Made by a program: the position numbers and the translations under genes. A stretch of 64,000 nucleotides of DNA from a bacterium (GTDB taxonomy: Bacteria; UBA8248), in the NCBI GenBank assembly GCA_965202625.1, contig CBDBBI010000010.1, positions 576,001-640,000 on the forward strand, given 5' to 3'. Under the pieces are notes generated by a model. The model searched no databases and was not told the origin of the DNA. It worked only from the letters and a program-made list of their open reading frames with translations. Positions 1 to 10,285 of the stretch are shown here, one piece after another (the stretch's first letter is position 1; each line of letters opens with the position of its first letter).

Positions 1-1846
1 CGACGTAGCCCAGACGTATTATCGCGAGGTGGAAAGAAACGCCCTGTCCGACGCGAACCGACTTGCTCGTATGCTGGAGGGGACGCGCTCGGACATAATG
101 CGAAACCCTGCAGAAATCGCAAAAATATTAGAAACGGCAAGAAAGAACGCCGGAGCGGACATCATTCAGCTCTACGACAAAGGTCGGAAGGAAATCGTCT
201 CTGTAAAGCGGCCGAGTTTAGCACAATCTACCGGATTCTCGCCTTTGGTGGGATACGTGGATCAGGTGATTGACGGGGAGTCGCGCTCAAGCGTGGAGAA
301 TTGGGAGAAGGGAGACGCCGTCTATGGCGTGGAACCGCTGAGGGCGCAAAAAAAAGTAGTGGGATTTGTTGTCGTAACTAAATACATGTCCGGCCAGCTC
401 GTTGACCGGATCAGAGCCATATCAGATTCCTTTGTGGATTATAAAGAATTGGAACTGTCCAGAAACCCAATCAAGGCGAGCTATATCGTCACTTTTTTGG
501 TGATTACTTTGCTTATCCTGTTCGCTGCTATTTGGTTAGGCTTCTACCTCGCTCGCGGCATCACGGTTCCTATCGAAAAACTAGCAGAAGCCACTCGAGC
601 GGTCTCAGGTGGTAACCTCGAGCATCGCGTGGACGTGAAGGCAGATGGCGAGCTGGGCATCCTGATCGACGCATTCAACAGCATGACGGAAGAATTGTTG
701 GACAACAAAAAGAGAATTGAGCAATCTTCCGAAAACCTTCGCCGCTCCAATTTAGAAATCGATAGGAGACGCAGGTACATGGAGGCGATGCTCGAAAACA
801 TACGAACCGGCGTAATATCGACCGATCAGCGGGGGCGGGTCACCATTCTAAACAAAGCGGCCGGAGAGTTGCTGAACATCTCTCCACGGCATGCCGTCGG
901 GCAGATATTCAGCGAAGTTTTCGAAAGCGCACATCTCGAACCCATTCGCGAGTTGATGCGCTACATGAGAGGCCGGAAAGATGAAAATGTCTCGAAAAAA
1001 ATAGAGATGATGGCAAACAGCCGCGTGCTCACCCTGCAAACGAGCCTGACCCTCCTCAAAAACGCGAAAGGTGTCAGGCTCGGTGCGGTCATCGTGTTTG
1101 ACGACATGACAGCCCTGATACGCGCACAGAAGGTCGCTACGTGGCGGGAAGTCGCCCAAGGTATTGCGCATGAGATTAAAAATCCACTGACGCCGATTCA
1201 ACTCTCTACCCAGAGAATGAGAAAGAAATTTGAAAACGAAGCGTATGATTTCGCGGACATATTTGAAACGTGCACAAACACCATCATCCATCAAGTGACA
1301 AACCTGAAAGAAATGGTGAATAAATTCAGCCGGTTTGCGCGGATGCCCGATCCGATGCTCAGCCTTTGCGAGTTTGTTCCTCTTATCGAAGAGGTGGTAA
1401 ATTTATATCGCGGCGGGCAGGGAGACATGGCATTCTCCGCTCAAATCAGTGCCGAGAATGCATTCGTCATGGCGGACCCCGAGGAATTGCAACGCGTATT
1501 CATCAATTTGCTCAAAAATGCTTTCGAATCCCAAGAGGCCGAAGGCGGGGTAAACTTACAAGCTTGGGTAGAGCAGGACGGAAACATAATAGTTGTGGAA
1601 ATCGCCGACCAAGGCAAGGGGATATCAGAAGATATGAAAAGCCATGTGTTCGCGCCCTATTTTTCCACGAAGGCCAGAGGCTCCGGTTTGGGCCTGGCCA
1701 TTTGTTATCGCACCGTGGCTGATCACAATGGAACGATAAGCGTGCGCGACAACCATCCAGCAGGTTCCGTTTTTCGTGTAACGCTCCCTCTGGCGTCCGC
1801 CGTGAACGTCACGCCTAAAAAGCAAAGGGCGACCGCCATTGGATAG
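1..1846 (+). CDS. ntrY: NtrY-like HAMP/PAS sensor histidine kinase (5' end lies before the window)
   Basis: TM helix, HAMP and PAS regions; WREVAQGIAHEIKNPLTPIQLS H-box; NLLKNA, DQGKG, PYFSTK and GSGLGL boxes; frame open from position 2. Confidence 0.9.
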   Translation, partial: DVAQTYYREVERNALSDANRLARMLEGTRSDIMRNPAEIAKILETARKNAGADIIQLYDKGRKEIVSVKRPSLAQSTGFSPLVGYVDQVIDGESRSSVENWEKGDAVYGVEPLRAQKKVVGFVVVTKYMSGQLVDRIRAISDSFVDYKELELSRNPIKASYIVTFLVITLLILFAAIWLGFYLARGITVPIEKLAEATRAVSGGNLEHRVDVKADGELGILIDAFNSMTEELLDNKKRIEQSSENLRRSNLEIDRRRRYMEAMLENIRTGVISTDQRGRVTILNKAAGELLNISPRHAVGQIFSEVFESAHLEPIRELMRYMRGRKDENVSKKIEMMANSRVLTLQTSLTLLKNAKGVRLGAVIVFDDMTALIRAQKVATWREVAQGIAHEIKNPLTPIQLSTQRMRKKFENEAYDFADIFETCTNTIIHQVTNLKEMVNKFSRFARMPDPMLSLCEFVPLIEEVVNLYRGGQGDMAFSAQISAENAFVMADPEELQRVFINLLKNAFESQEAEGGVNLQAWVEQDGNIIVVEIADQGKGISEDMKSHVFAPYFSTKARGSGLGLAICYRTVADHNGTISVRDNHPAGSVFRVTLPLASAVNVTPKKQRATAIG

Positions 1847-3215
1847 GGGATATGTCCTCATCGTCGACGATGAGAGTGAAATACGCCTGAGCCTGGAGGC
1901 TGTCTTGCAGGATGAGGGCTATCGCGTAGAGAAGGCCGAGTCCGGCTCCGCCGCGCTCCAGTTGATTCAAGCAGAAGCCCCGGATGTGGTTTTGGTTGAC
2001 GTGTGGATGCCGGAGATGGACGGAATCAAAGCTCTGAAGGCGGTCAAGGGGCGCAACTCGGCTATTGAGGTCGTTGTCATGTCGGGGCACGGCAACATTG
2101 ATGCCGCCGTCGCCGCCACGAAACTAGGCGCTTTTCATTTTATTGAAAAACCCCTCTCCATCGATACGGTTTTGGGTGTTGTCGACTCCGCCGTTAAAGC
2201 GCGAAGAACAAAGGAGAGCCAGGCGGATGCTTCCCCTAACGCGAGACATAGCGACGACGCCGAAAGGACGCGAGGGGCCCGGACGGACATTTCAGATTCT
2301 GGCACAGGCGTGTCGGCTACTCACTTAAGACAAAAGATCAAAGCATATGATATAGAGGCACCGCCTGTGTCCACGAAGGTTGAGGGTGCAAATCAGCGGA
2401 GTATATCGAAGAGCGTCGTACTGCATGGCAGAGGTCTGCACTCAGGGCTGAAGACTGGATTGCTCATTGAACCCCTGCCGCCGGGGAGCGGAATACATTT
2501 TGGCAGCCTGACGAGCCCGGAGACCGTAAGAGCGAGCGTCGATTTCGTGGATGATACGAATCATGCGACAAACTTGCGCAACGGGTTGGTGGAGGCGCGC
2601 ACAATAGAGCATCTCATGAGTGCACTGCACGCATACGAGGTGAGCAACATCCTCATTAAAGTTGGCGAGGAAGTACCCGTCATGGATGGTTCGGCGGTGG
2701 AGTTTTGCCGCTTGCTCGAAGAGGCGGGTATAGAGGAGCAAGAGGAGAAACGCCAGGAATTGTGGGTGGACAAAGCCTATGAGGTGGGAGGGCCGGGGGG
2801 GGATGGGGGCTATATACGTATCGAGCCGGCGATCTCGTTTTCGATTTCCTGTCTCGTGGAATATCCCCAGCCCATTGGGAGGCAAGCCTATCTCTATGAA
2901 CACAAGAACGTGCTGGGTTTTCAGGAAAAAATTGCGCGAGCCCGCACGTTTGGCTTCGTATCTGAACTGGGTGCACTCGAAGAGATGGGCTTGGCCGAAG
3001 GTGGTCGTTGGGACAACGCGATTCTCGTGGACGAGGAGCGCATCGTGAATACGGAATTGCGATTCCCCGACGAGTTCGTCCGCCATAAAATTCTCGACGT
3101 TATGGGGGACCTTTATTTGGCCGGGTGGCCTATTCGAGGAAAAGTGACCGCCGAAAGAAGCGGGCACCGGCACAATGTCGCCTTGGTGAAAAAATTGGTG
3201 GAGGCCCAGGGCTGA
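1839..3215 (+). CDS. lpxC: Fusion of an NtrX-type receiver domain and UDP-3-O-acyl-GlcNAc deacetylase LpxC
   Basis: N-terminal VLIVDDE/VDVWMP/SGHG/FIEKP receiver; ~65-aa linker; LpxC motifs GRGLHSG, TIEHLMSAL, ARTFGF, RHKILD, SGH. Confidence 0.92.
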   Translation: MDRGYVLIVDDESEIRLSLEAVLQDEGYRVEKAESGSAALQLIQAEAPDVVLVDVWMPEMDGIKALKAVKGRNSAIEVVVMSGHGNIDAAVAATKLGAFHFIEKPLSIDTVLGVVDSAVKARRTKESQADASPNARHSDDAERTRGARTDISDSGTGVSATHLRQKIKAYDIEAPPVSTKVEGANQRSISKSVVLHGRGLHSGLKTGLLIEPLPPGSGIHFGSLTSPETVRASVDFVDDTNHATNLRNGLVEARTIEHLMSALHAYEVSNILIKVGEEVPVMDGSAVEFCRLLEEAGIEEQEEKRQELWVDKAYEVGGPGGDGGYIRIEPAISFSISCLVEYPQPIGRQAYLYEHKNVLGFQEKIARARTFGFVSELGALEEMGLAEGGRWDNAILVDEERIVNTELRFPDEFVRHKILDVMGDLYLAGWPIRGKVTAERSGHRHNVALVKKLVEAQG

Positions 3216-3257
3216 TTCTGTTTTTACGCCCGGTGATTCCGCCCGCCGCTTCATGGA

Positions 3258-4319
3258 ATGTCTCTTTTGGATGCGCATCATATTACATACAAAGGCTCGG
3301 GCGTTGACGTAAGCGCAGGAGAGAACTTCGTTCGCGCCATCGTCCAGACGGTAAAGTCCACCCATGAGAGCCAAAGCGGCCGCGTCCTGAAAGGGACGGG
3401 GGACTTTGCCGGCTTGTTCCACCTAGGCAAGGATTACGAAGACCCCGTTCTCGTTTCAGGTGCCGACGGCGTTGGGACGAAATTGCTTCTGGCCCAACGA
3501 CTCGACCGCCATGGCTCGATCGGGGTTGATTTAGTCGCCATGTGCGTCAACGACGTCCTGACCACGGGAGCGATTCCTCTTTTTTTTCTGGACTATATTG
3601 CGGCGGGCAAGATGGACCAAAGGATATTGGTCGAGGTTGTATCCGGCATCGCCCAAGGCTGTCGAGAGGCGCAGTGTGCCCTCCTCGGGGGCGAGATGGC
3701 TGAGATGCCCGATCTATATCCGCCCGGTACATATGACCTTGCGGGCTTTGCCGTAGGCGTGGTTGAGCGAAGGCGATTAGACGGCGCCGCGCCCGTGGAA
3801 GCGGGCGACGCCATCCTCGCCCTCCCTTCGTCAGGAGTCCATAGCAACGGGTATTCCTTGCTACGGAAGATATTCGATTCCAAGGGAAAACGAGAGGCTG
3901 CGACACAAAGGCTCGCCGCTCCGGTTGAAGACGCTCTCTTGGAGCCGACCCGCATTTACGTCAACGGGTCGGAGGTCATTCGAAGAGAGGAAGGGATCAG
4001 CGGAATCGCGCACATCACGGGCGGGGGGATCGCAGGAAACGTGAGCCGCATGATGCGAGATGGTCTGCAAGCGAGGCTTTATCCGGAAAAATGGCCCATG
4101 CCGGAGATATTCTCACTGATTCAGGAGTTCGGCCCACTCGAGGCGGCGGAGATGTATCGCACTTTCAACATGGGGCTGGGTTTCGTTTTTCTCGTAAAGG
4201 CGGAACGGGCCGAACCTTTGCTCGAGCGTCTCAGAAACACGGGCGAAGAGGCCATGGTGGTCGGAGAGGTAGTCAAAAGACCGAAAGGCGGCCAAGCCGT
4301 CGTCGTCAAGGGTAGATGA
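3258..4319 (+). CDS. purM: Phosphoribosylformylglycinamidine cyclo-ligase
   Basis: DGVGTK, DLVAMCVND, GVHSNGYSL, HITGGG, RTFNMG motifs. Confidence 0.97.
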   Translation: MSLLDAHHITYKGSGVDVSAGENFVRAIVQTVKSTHESQSGRVLKGTGDFAGLFHLGKDYEDPVLVSGADGVGTKLLLAQRLDRHGSIGVDLVAMCVNDVLTTGAIPLFFLDYIAAGKMDQRILVEVVSGIAQGCREAQCALLGGEMAEMPDLYPPGTYDLAGFAVGVVERRRLDGAAPVEAGDAILALPSSGVHSNGYSLLRKIFDSKGKREAATQRLAAPVEDALLEPTRIYVNGSEVIRREEGISGIAHITGGGIAGNVSRMMRDGLQARLYPEKWPMPEIFSLIQEFGPLEAAEMYRTFNMGLGFVFLVKAERAEPLLERLRNTGEEAMVVGEVVKRPKGGQAVVVKGR

Positions 4320-4321
4320 AC

Positions 4322-4972
4322 ATGTCTCTAAAAACGCGATTGCGCGTGGGCGTTTTGGCTTCCGGACGGGGGTCGAATCTACAATCTCTCATCAAGGCGT
4401 GTCGGGATGCGGATTTTCCGGCAAGAGTCGCTTTAGTGTTGAGCGACAAGAAAAAGGCGCACGCGCTTAGGCGTGCGGCGGACGCGGGGATACAGAATCA
4501 ACTCATGGAGCCGAAGGAGGATAATTTTTATCCGAGAATCGGCGATGAAATGGAGCGTTGCGGAATCGATCTCATCTGTTGCGCTGGCTTCATGCGAATT
4601 TTGCCTCCGGCGTTCGTGGAACGTTTTGCGGGAAAAATCATCAACATTCATCCCTCGCTTCTACCGAGCTTCCCTGGCCTTCGCGCGCAAAAACAAGCTC
4701 TGGACGCTGGTGTTAGAGTATCTGGCTGCACGGTCCACTTTGTGGATGAGGGAGTGGATACGGGACCGATTGTTTTGCAGGCTGCCGTGCCGGTGTATCC
4801 CCAAGATGACGAGAAAACCTTGTCAGAGAGAATTCTCGCCTATGAACACCGCGCGTATCCATTGGCTGTGCGACTCATCGCCGAGGGATGCGCTCAATAC
4901 GCAAGGGGCGCACTTGTGGATGAGGGCGGTTTCATCTCGCCCGTCTCCGAATCATCACCCACAAAAGGATAA
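4322..4972 (+). CDS. purN: Phosphoribosylglycinamide formyltransferase
   Basis: SGRGSNLQ, INIHPSLLP, GCTVHFV, DTGPI; follows purM. Confidence 0.97.
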   Translation: MSLKTRLRVGVLASGRGSNLQSLIKACRDADFPARVALVLSDKKKAHALRRAADAGIQNQLMEPKEDNFYPRIGDEMERCGIDLICCAGFMRILPPAFVERFAGKIINIHPSLLPSFPGLRAQKQALDAGVRVSGCTVHFVDEGVDTGPIVLQAAVPVYPQDDEKTLSERILAYEHRAYPLAVRLIAEGCAQYARGALVDEGGFISPVSESSPTKG

Positions 4973-4980
4973 ATAACGCT

Positions 4981-5712
4981 TTGCGAAGACGGTTTTTTTT
5001 GACGCTCGTATTTGGTTTTTCATTTCTGGCGCTTTCCAAAATGTTCTTCCTCTCCGCGCCGGCGGCCGAAGAGTCATCGCGCCTGAGTGAAGAGCGAATC
5101 ATCGGGGCGCTCCAGAAAAAATATGAGGCGCTCGCGTCTTTGCGAGCCTCCTTTGAACAAGAAAACGAATTCAAGTCCCTTGGACAAACGACACGCTCTA
5201 GCGGGCAGCTTCTGTTGAGCAAGCCGAGCAAGCTGCGTGTGGAGTATACCAGTCCCGACAAGCAGATTCTGGTCTCTGACGGCATTACGCTTTGGCTCTA
5301 CACAGCTCGTTTCAATCAAGTGGTGGTCTCGAAGATTGAGCGCATTGGGCTTGGGGCCACTCCTTTACTATTCTTGGCGGGAAGGGGGAATTTGAGGAAA
5401 AATTTTAATATCCTCGTCGAAGAAGTCGGAGTCGCCAAGCGAAGCGAAGGAATTTGGAGGGCGGGGCAACCGCATCGCATTCGCTTGGAGCCCAAATTTC
5501 CGGGTGCTTCGTTTCGACGGATGTGGATGGAGGTAGAGCCCGAGAGTTTCCGAATTCTCGCTTTGGCGTATGTCGATGCCCTCGGCAACAAGAGCCGCCT
5601 GCGGTTTTCAAACGTGAAAGAAGATATCAGCGTAACTGGAGGGGAATTTAGTTTTGTCGCGCCGCCTCAGGTCGAAGTTCTTCATATGCCGCTCCGAGAG
5701 GAGCACCAGTAA
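4981..5712 (+). CDS. lolA: Outer-membrane lipoprotein carrier LolA family protein
   Basis: Signal peptide, ASFEQ, KPSKLRVEY, ILVSDG..LWLY, C-terminal FSFVAP. Confidence 0.85.
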   Translation: MRRRFFLTLVFGFSFLALSKMFFLSAPAAEESSRLSEERIIGALQKKYEALASLRASFEQENEFKSLGQTTRSSGQLLLSKPSKLRVEYTSPDKQILVSDGITLWLYTARFNQVVVSKIERIGLGATPLLFLAGRGNLRKNFNILVEEVGVAKRSEGIWRAGQPHRIRLEPKFPGASFRRMWMEVEPESFRILALAYVDALGNKSRLRFSNVKEDISVTGGEFSFVAPPQVEVLHMPLREEHQ

Positions 5713-5730
5713 ATAAGGATTTATTCGATA

Positions 5731-6930
5731 ATGGCGATGCAAATCATCAACTGGGTGATGGGTTTTGGACAGACAATTTTTTGGGCCGTTCTGGTACTTG
5801 GGCTGCTCATTTTCATCCATGAATTGGGACACCATCTCTTAGCCAAGTGGCTCAAGATCGGTGTCGTCACGTTTTCGCTGGGCTTTGGACGGCGTATTTG
5901 GGGTTTTCAAAAGGGAGAGACGGAATATCGCGTATCACTCATCCCTTTGGGCGGTTATGTCAAGCTCTTAGGCGAAGACCCGGAGGCACATCCCGATGAC
6001 GCCAGCCAGCCCAAAACGCCGGATGAGCCGGAGAAGTCTTTTTACCTGCGTCCCGTAAGCCATAGGCTGGCGGTCATCTCTGCGGGGCCGATATTCAACA
6101 TCATGCTGGCGATACTGCTGAGCTGGGGGCTGCACCTTGGCGGCATTCCGGTGCCTGGCACTTGGGTGGGGGAAGTTTTGCCCGACACGCCGGCCCAAAG
6201 GGCGAACCTCAAAGCCGGAGATCACATCGTGGCCATTGACGGACGGCCAGTTCAAAAATGGTCTGAACTCGTAGAAATTGTCCGTAAAAGTGCTGGCAAA
6301 AAACTCGTGCTAAAGATCGAGCGCGGCCGTAAAACATCCTTCGAGACGACCATCGTTCCGATGTCGAAGAGCGCAACAGGAGAATATCTGGACCATGGCC
6401 GAATCGGCATCCGCATCGGCCAAGGCGCTTATACCGAGCGGTTCGGATTCGTCGAGGCATTGGGGAGGGGTTTCGAGCAAAGCTACCACATCGCCAAGCT
6501 GACGGTCGTGACTCTGTATTCGATGCTCATGAAGACAGTGCCCGCAGATATCGGCGGGCCGATTCGCATCTCCATCGTGGCCGCCGAACAAGCCCAGCGC
6601 GGACTCCGCTACCTCGTGATGTTCACGATTTTGCTCAGCGTAAACCTAGCGATTCTGAACTTGCTGCCCATTCCGGTTCTCGATGGCGGACACATTTTTT
6701 TCCTGTTCATCGAAGGCTTGCGGGGAAAACCCGTCAGTTTAAGAATTCGGGAGATGGCCATGCAGCTGGGCACAGTCTTGCTCATCGGTTTGATGATCTT
6801 TGCCACTTATAAGGATAGCGTGTATTATCTCTTTAGAGGAGAAGTGCCATCCATCACGCAAGAGAAGCCGAGTGCGGAAAGGAAAGAAGCGTCAGAATTG
6901 ACTCTTGAGAAAAAAAAGGGCCAACAATAG
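5731..6930 (+). CDS. rseP: RIP metalloprotease RseP (M50 + PDZ)
   Basis: HELGH, IPLGGYVK, AGPIFN, NLLPIPVLDGG. Confidence 0.95.
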   Translation: MAMQIINWVMGFGQTIFWAVLVLGLLIFIHELGHHLLAKWLKIGVVTFSLGFGRRIWGFQKGETEYRVSLIPLGGYVKLLGEDPEAHPDDASQPKTPDEPEKSFYLRPVSHRLAVISAGPIFNIMLAILLSWGLHLGGIPVPGTWVGEVLPDTPAQRANLKAGDHIVAIDGRPVQKWSELVEIVRKSAGKKLVLKIERGRKTSFETTIVPMSKSATGEYLDHGRIGIRIGQGAYTERFGFVEALGRGFEQSYHIAKLTVVTLYSMLMKTVPADIGGPIRISIVAAEQAQRGLRYLVMFTILLSVNLAILNLLPIPVLDGGHIFFLFIEGLRGKPVSLRIREMAMQLGTVLLIGLMIFATYKDSVYYLFRGEVPSITQEKPSAERKEASELTLEKKKGQQ

Positions 6931-7096
6931 GGGTTTGAGAGTAGTGTTTCAACCATTTACAGACGATGTATTTCACGCAAAACACATTCCGGGCGTCGGC
7001 CTTGCGCTTCACGGGTCTACCAGTCCGGCCCTGCCGATGGTGGGCACGGAGGCAGCTGGCGAAGCATTACCCTGTGCGAATCCCTCCTCATTTCCC

Positions 7097-8188
7097 ATGA
7101 ACCGACGAAAAAGCACTCAGGTCGAGGTGCGCGGCGTTCGGATTGGCGGCGACGCTCCCATCGTCGTGCAGTCGATGTGCAACACCTACACGCACGACGT
7201 GGAGGAAACCGTCGGCCAAATCGAGCGACTCGAAGAGGCCGGGTGTGAGATTGCGCGTCTGGCCGTTCCTGACGAGAGAGCGGCGAATGCGCTGCCTCAG
7301 ATCAGAAAGCGCACTTCGATGCCCCTAGTGGCGGACGTCCATTTTGACTACCGCTACGCCTTGATGGCAGCGGACGCCGGAATTGATTGCCTGCGCATCA
7401 ACCCTGGCAACATCAATGGGGAACACAGGGTGAGCGAGGTGGTCGCCGCGGCCAAGTACCACGGATTGCCCATCCGCGTGGGCGTGAACGCAGGCTCCCT
7501 GGAAAAGCATTTGCTCGATCGCTTTGGCGGTGCCACGCCCGAGGCGATGGTGGAGAGCGGGTTGCGCCATGTCGCTATGCTAGAGAAGCGCGGGTTTTAT
7601 GATACGAAAATCTCTCTGAAGGCATCGGACGTCGGAAGGACGGTGCAAGCCTATCGCTTGATGGCGAAGCGCGTCGAATACCCACTCCACCTAGGTATCA
7701 CGGAGAGCGGAAGTCTGCATACAGGCAGCGTTAAAAGCGCGGTTGGTCTGGGTATCTTGCTCTCCGAAGGCATTGGCGACACCATCCGCGTCTCTTTGGC
7801 AGCGGACCCGGTGGAGGAGGTGCGCGTAGGCTACGAAATCCTCAAGAGCCTCAATTTGCGCAAAAAGGGCGTGAACGTCGTGGCGTGCCCATCTTGCGGT
7901 CGCGTCCAGATTGACGTAGATAAGCTCACGATGGAAGTAGAACGGGAGCTCGCCCATATCGACGTCCCTATCACGGTGGCCGTCATGGGTTGTGAGGTAA
8001 ACGGTCCGGGCGAGGCGAGGGAAGCCGACATCGGTGTGGCCGGCGGCCACAAGCGCGCCCTGATTTTCATGAAAGGGGAAAAGGTGGGACTAGTGGCGTA
8101 TCAGGACATCAAGAAAAACTTGGTGGAGCACGTAGAGGTGCTCGCCGCGCAATATGAACAAAAACGATACGAGGCGTTTCTCTCCTAA
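7097..8188 (+). CDS. ispG: 4-hydroxy-3-methylbut-2-en-1-yl diphosphate synthase (start codon uncertain)
   Basis: PIVVQSM, RINPGN, GVNAGSL, CPSCGR, MGCEVNGPGE. Confidence 0.96.
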   Translation: MNRRKSTQVEVRGVRIGGDAPIVVQSMCNTYTHDVEETVGQIERLEEAGCEIARLAVPDERAANALPQIRKRTSMPLVADVHFDYRYALMAADAGIDCLRINPGNINGEHRVSEVVAAAKYHGLPIRVGVNAGSLEKHLLDRFGGATPEAMVESGLRHVAMLEKRGFYDTKISLKASDVGRTVQAYRLMAKRVEYPLHLGITESGSLHTGSVKSAVGLGILLSEGIGDTIRVSLAADPVEEVRVGYEILKSLNLRKKGVNVVACPSCGRVQIDVDKLTMEVERELAHIDVPITVAVMGCEVNGPGEAREADIGVAGGHKRALIFMKGEKVGLVAYQDIKKNLVEHVEVLAAQYEQKRYEAFLS

Positions 8189-8202
8189 GAAAATTCTGAT
8201 CT

Positions 8203-9915
8203 ATGCGATTTTCACGAGGGTTTTTCCCCACATTAAAAGAAGCACCCGCCGAGGCAGAAGTCGTCAGCCATAAGCTGATGGTGCGCTCGGGCATGATTCG
8301 CCGTTTGGCGGCGGGGGTGTATACGCTGTTGCCCCTCGGCGTGCGCGTGCAGCGCAAGGTGGAGCAAATTCTGCGTGAGGAGCTCGACCGCGCGGGCGCG
8401 CAGGAGGTTTTCCTGCCCGCGTTGAATCCCGCCGAGCTTTGGCGAAAAACGGGACGCTGGGAAGTGTATGGCAAAGAGTTGATTCGGCTGAAAGATCGCC
8501 ATGAACGTGATTTTTGCCTGGGTCCCACACATGAGGAGGTCATCACCGATCTCGTAGCGCGCGAGGTGAGGAGCTATCGGGACCTGCCGCTTAATCTCTA
8601 TCAGATTCAAACGAAATTCAGAGACGAGATCAGGCCGCGTTTTGGCGTGATGCGCGGGCGGGAATTTACGATGAAGGACGGCTACAGCTTTGATCGCGAC
8701 GAGGAAGGAGCTGAACGAAGCTACGATGAAATGATGCGAGCCTATGAGCGGATATTCCGGCGTTGCGGGCTGAGTTTCAGCAAGGTGGAGGCGGATTCCG
8801 GGACCATCGGAGGGAGTTTTTCGCATGAGTTCATGGTAATGGCCGACACGGGCGAGGAAGCGATTACCACGTGTGATGCGTGCGGCTACGCGGCGAACGT
8901 GGAAAAATCGCCGGTCCGTCTGACGCTTCCCGACAACGAGGGGGGGGAGATCGAGAAAGTACACACGCCGAGCACTCATACAATAGAAGAGGTGGTGAAA
9001 TTTTTCTCCTTGCCGCCGCATCGAATAGCCAAAACCCTTTTGTATTTGGCAGACGGCGCGCCCGTGGCTGCGCTGATTCCCGGGCACAGGGAGTTGAACG
9101 AGACCAAACTCAAGAATGCACTTGACGCAGTGGATATCGCCCTCGCTGACCCCGATACGGTCGAGAGGCTCACCCGCTCTGAGGTGGGTTTTGCCGGCCC
9201 CGTTGGTTTGTCGGACGTTCGACTCATCGCAGACCACGCCCTCGAGGGCAGTGGCGGGCTCATCGTTGGCGCGAACGAGACAGACTATCACTACGCGCGC
9301 GTGAGAGAGGGTCGTGATTTCAAAGCGAGCGAATTTGCGGATCTCACGGTGTCTAGCGCGGGAGACGCTTGTCCAGAATGCAACGAGGCACTCCGCATCA
9401 GGCGCGGCATTGAGGTAGGGCACGTCTTCAAACTGGGATGCAAGTATTCTGAATCTCTGGGTGCCGCCTATCAGGATGAAAATGGCGAGGCGCGCACTAT
9501 CTTCATGGGGTGCTACGGCATCGGCGTGGGCCGCACGGTGGCGGCAGCCATAGAACAGAACCATGACGCGGACGGGATCCTCTGGCCGACTCCCATCGCC
9601 CCATATCATGTGGCGATCATTCCGGTGGAAGGGACTGAGGAGACCCTGAAAGCTTGCCGACGTATGTACGACTCGCTCGCATCCACAGGATTGGAAGCTG
9701 TCCTTGATGATAGGAACGAGCGTGCAGGCGTGAAGTTCAAGGACGCCGACCTTATAGGTTTTCCCTATAAAATAGTTGTCGGCCCCAGATGCCTCAAAGA
9801 GGGAAAAATCGAGATAAAATCAAGGAGGACAGGAGAAATGCGGCTTGTAGCGATGGAGGAAGCGGTGTCTTTTCTGGAAGACCTGATCTCCGAGGAGATG
9901 AGCACCGCTGAGTGA
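8203..9915 (+). CDS. proS: Proline--tRNA ligase
   Basis: LGPTHEE, FRDEIRPRFGVMRGREF, editing insertion, MGCYGIG. Confidence 0.98.
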   Translation: MRFSRGFFPTLKEAPAEAEVVSHKLMVRSGMIRRLAAGVYTLLPLGVRVQRKVEQILREELDRAGAQEVFLPALNPAELWRKTGRWEVYGKELIRLKDRHERDFCLGPTHEEVITDLVAREVRSYRDLPLNLYQIQTKFRDEIRPRFGVMRGREFTMKDGYSFDRDEEGAERSYDEMMRAYERIFRRCGLSFSKVEADSGTIGGSFSHEFMVMADTGEEAITTCDACGYAANVEKSPVRLTLPDNEGGEIEKVHTPSTHTIEEVVKFFSLPPHRIAKTLLYLADGAPVAALIPGHRELNETKLKNALDAVDIALADPDTVERLTRSEVGFAGPVGLSDVRLIADHALEGSGGLIVGANETDYHYARVREGRDFKASEFADLTVSSAGDACPECNEALRIRRGIEVGHVFKLGCKYSESLGAAYQDENGEARTIFMGCYGIGVGRTVAAAIEQNHDADGILWPTPIAPYHVAIIPVEGTEETLKACRRMYDSLASTGLEAVLDDRNERAGVKFKDADLIGFPYKIVVGPRCLKEGKIEIKSRRTGEMRLVAMEEAVSFLEDLISEEMSTAE

Positions 9916-10019
9916 CTCGGAGAGGTTTCTGCATTTGCACCGAAACGATTTACCGGTTTTCCTTGAAGCACCCATCGTGCCGGAAGATTCAAGGAAGGAG
10001 GGGTTGAAAAATAGAAAAC

Positions 10020-10049
10020 TTGACGTTTCCACGCCTAGGCATTTATATT
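10020..10049 (+). promoter_or_regulatory. Candidate sigma70 promoter
   Basis: TTGACG-18 nt-TATATT upstream of the 10094 ORF / tRNA / tilS run. Confidence 0.45.
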
Positions 10050-10093
10050 CTGCCGCTGTAGCGAGGCGGCACCAGGGGAGGAGGCGTTTACTC

Positions 10094-10285
10094 ATGGCCT
10101 ATACCGAAGTTCGTGAGTGCGCCGTTTGCGCCTGGCGAGAGGCTTGTCGTCTCAAGTATCGCAACGAGCCGAAGGGGGCACTCTTTTGTCCGGAGTTTTC
10201 TGTGGACTTGAGATTGCGCCAAGAGAAATGGAAGGGGGCGCCACCTTCATCCAAAGGCGTCCAGCAGGGAGCAAATAACAAATGA
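10094..10285 (+). CDS. Small Cys-rich hypothetical protein (63 aa), putative metal binding
   Basis: GGAGG upstream; CAVCAWREAC...CPEF with four Cys. Confidence 0.7.
   Translation: MAYTEVRECAVCAWREACRLKYRNEPKGALFCPEFSVDLRLRQEKWKGAPPSSKGVQQGANNK

Noticed and set aside
8233-9609. Long antisense ORFs (458 aa opposite proS; also 2442-3422, 14917-15801, 36488-37282, 47668-48369, 49794-50618)
   Set aside because: Shadow frames of well-supported GC-rich genes, with no recognisable motifs.
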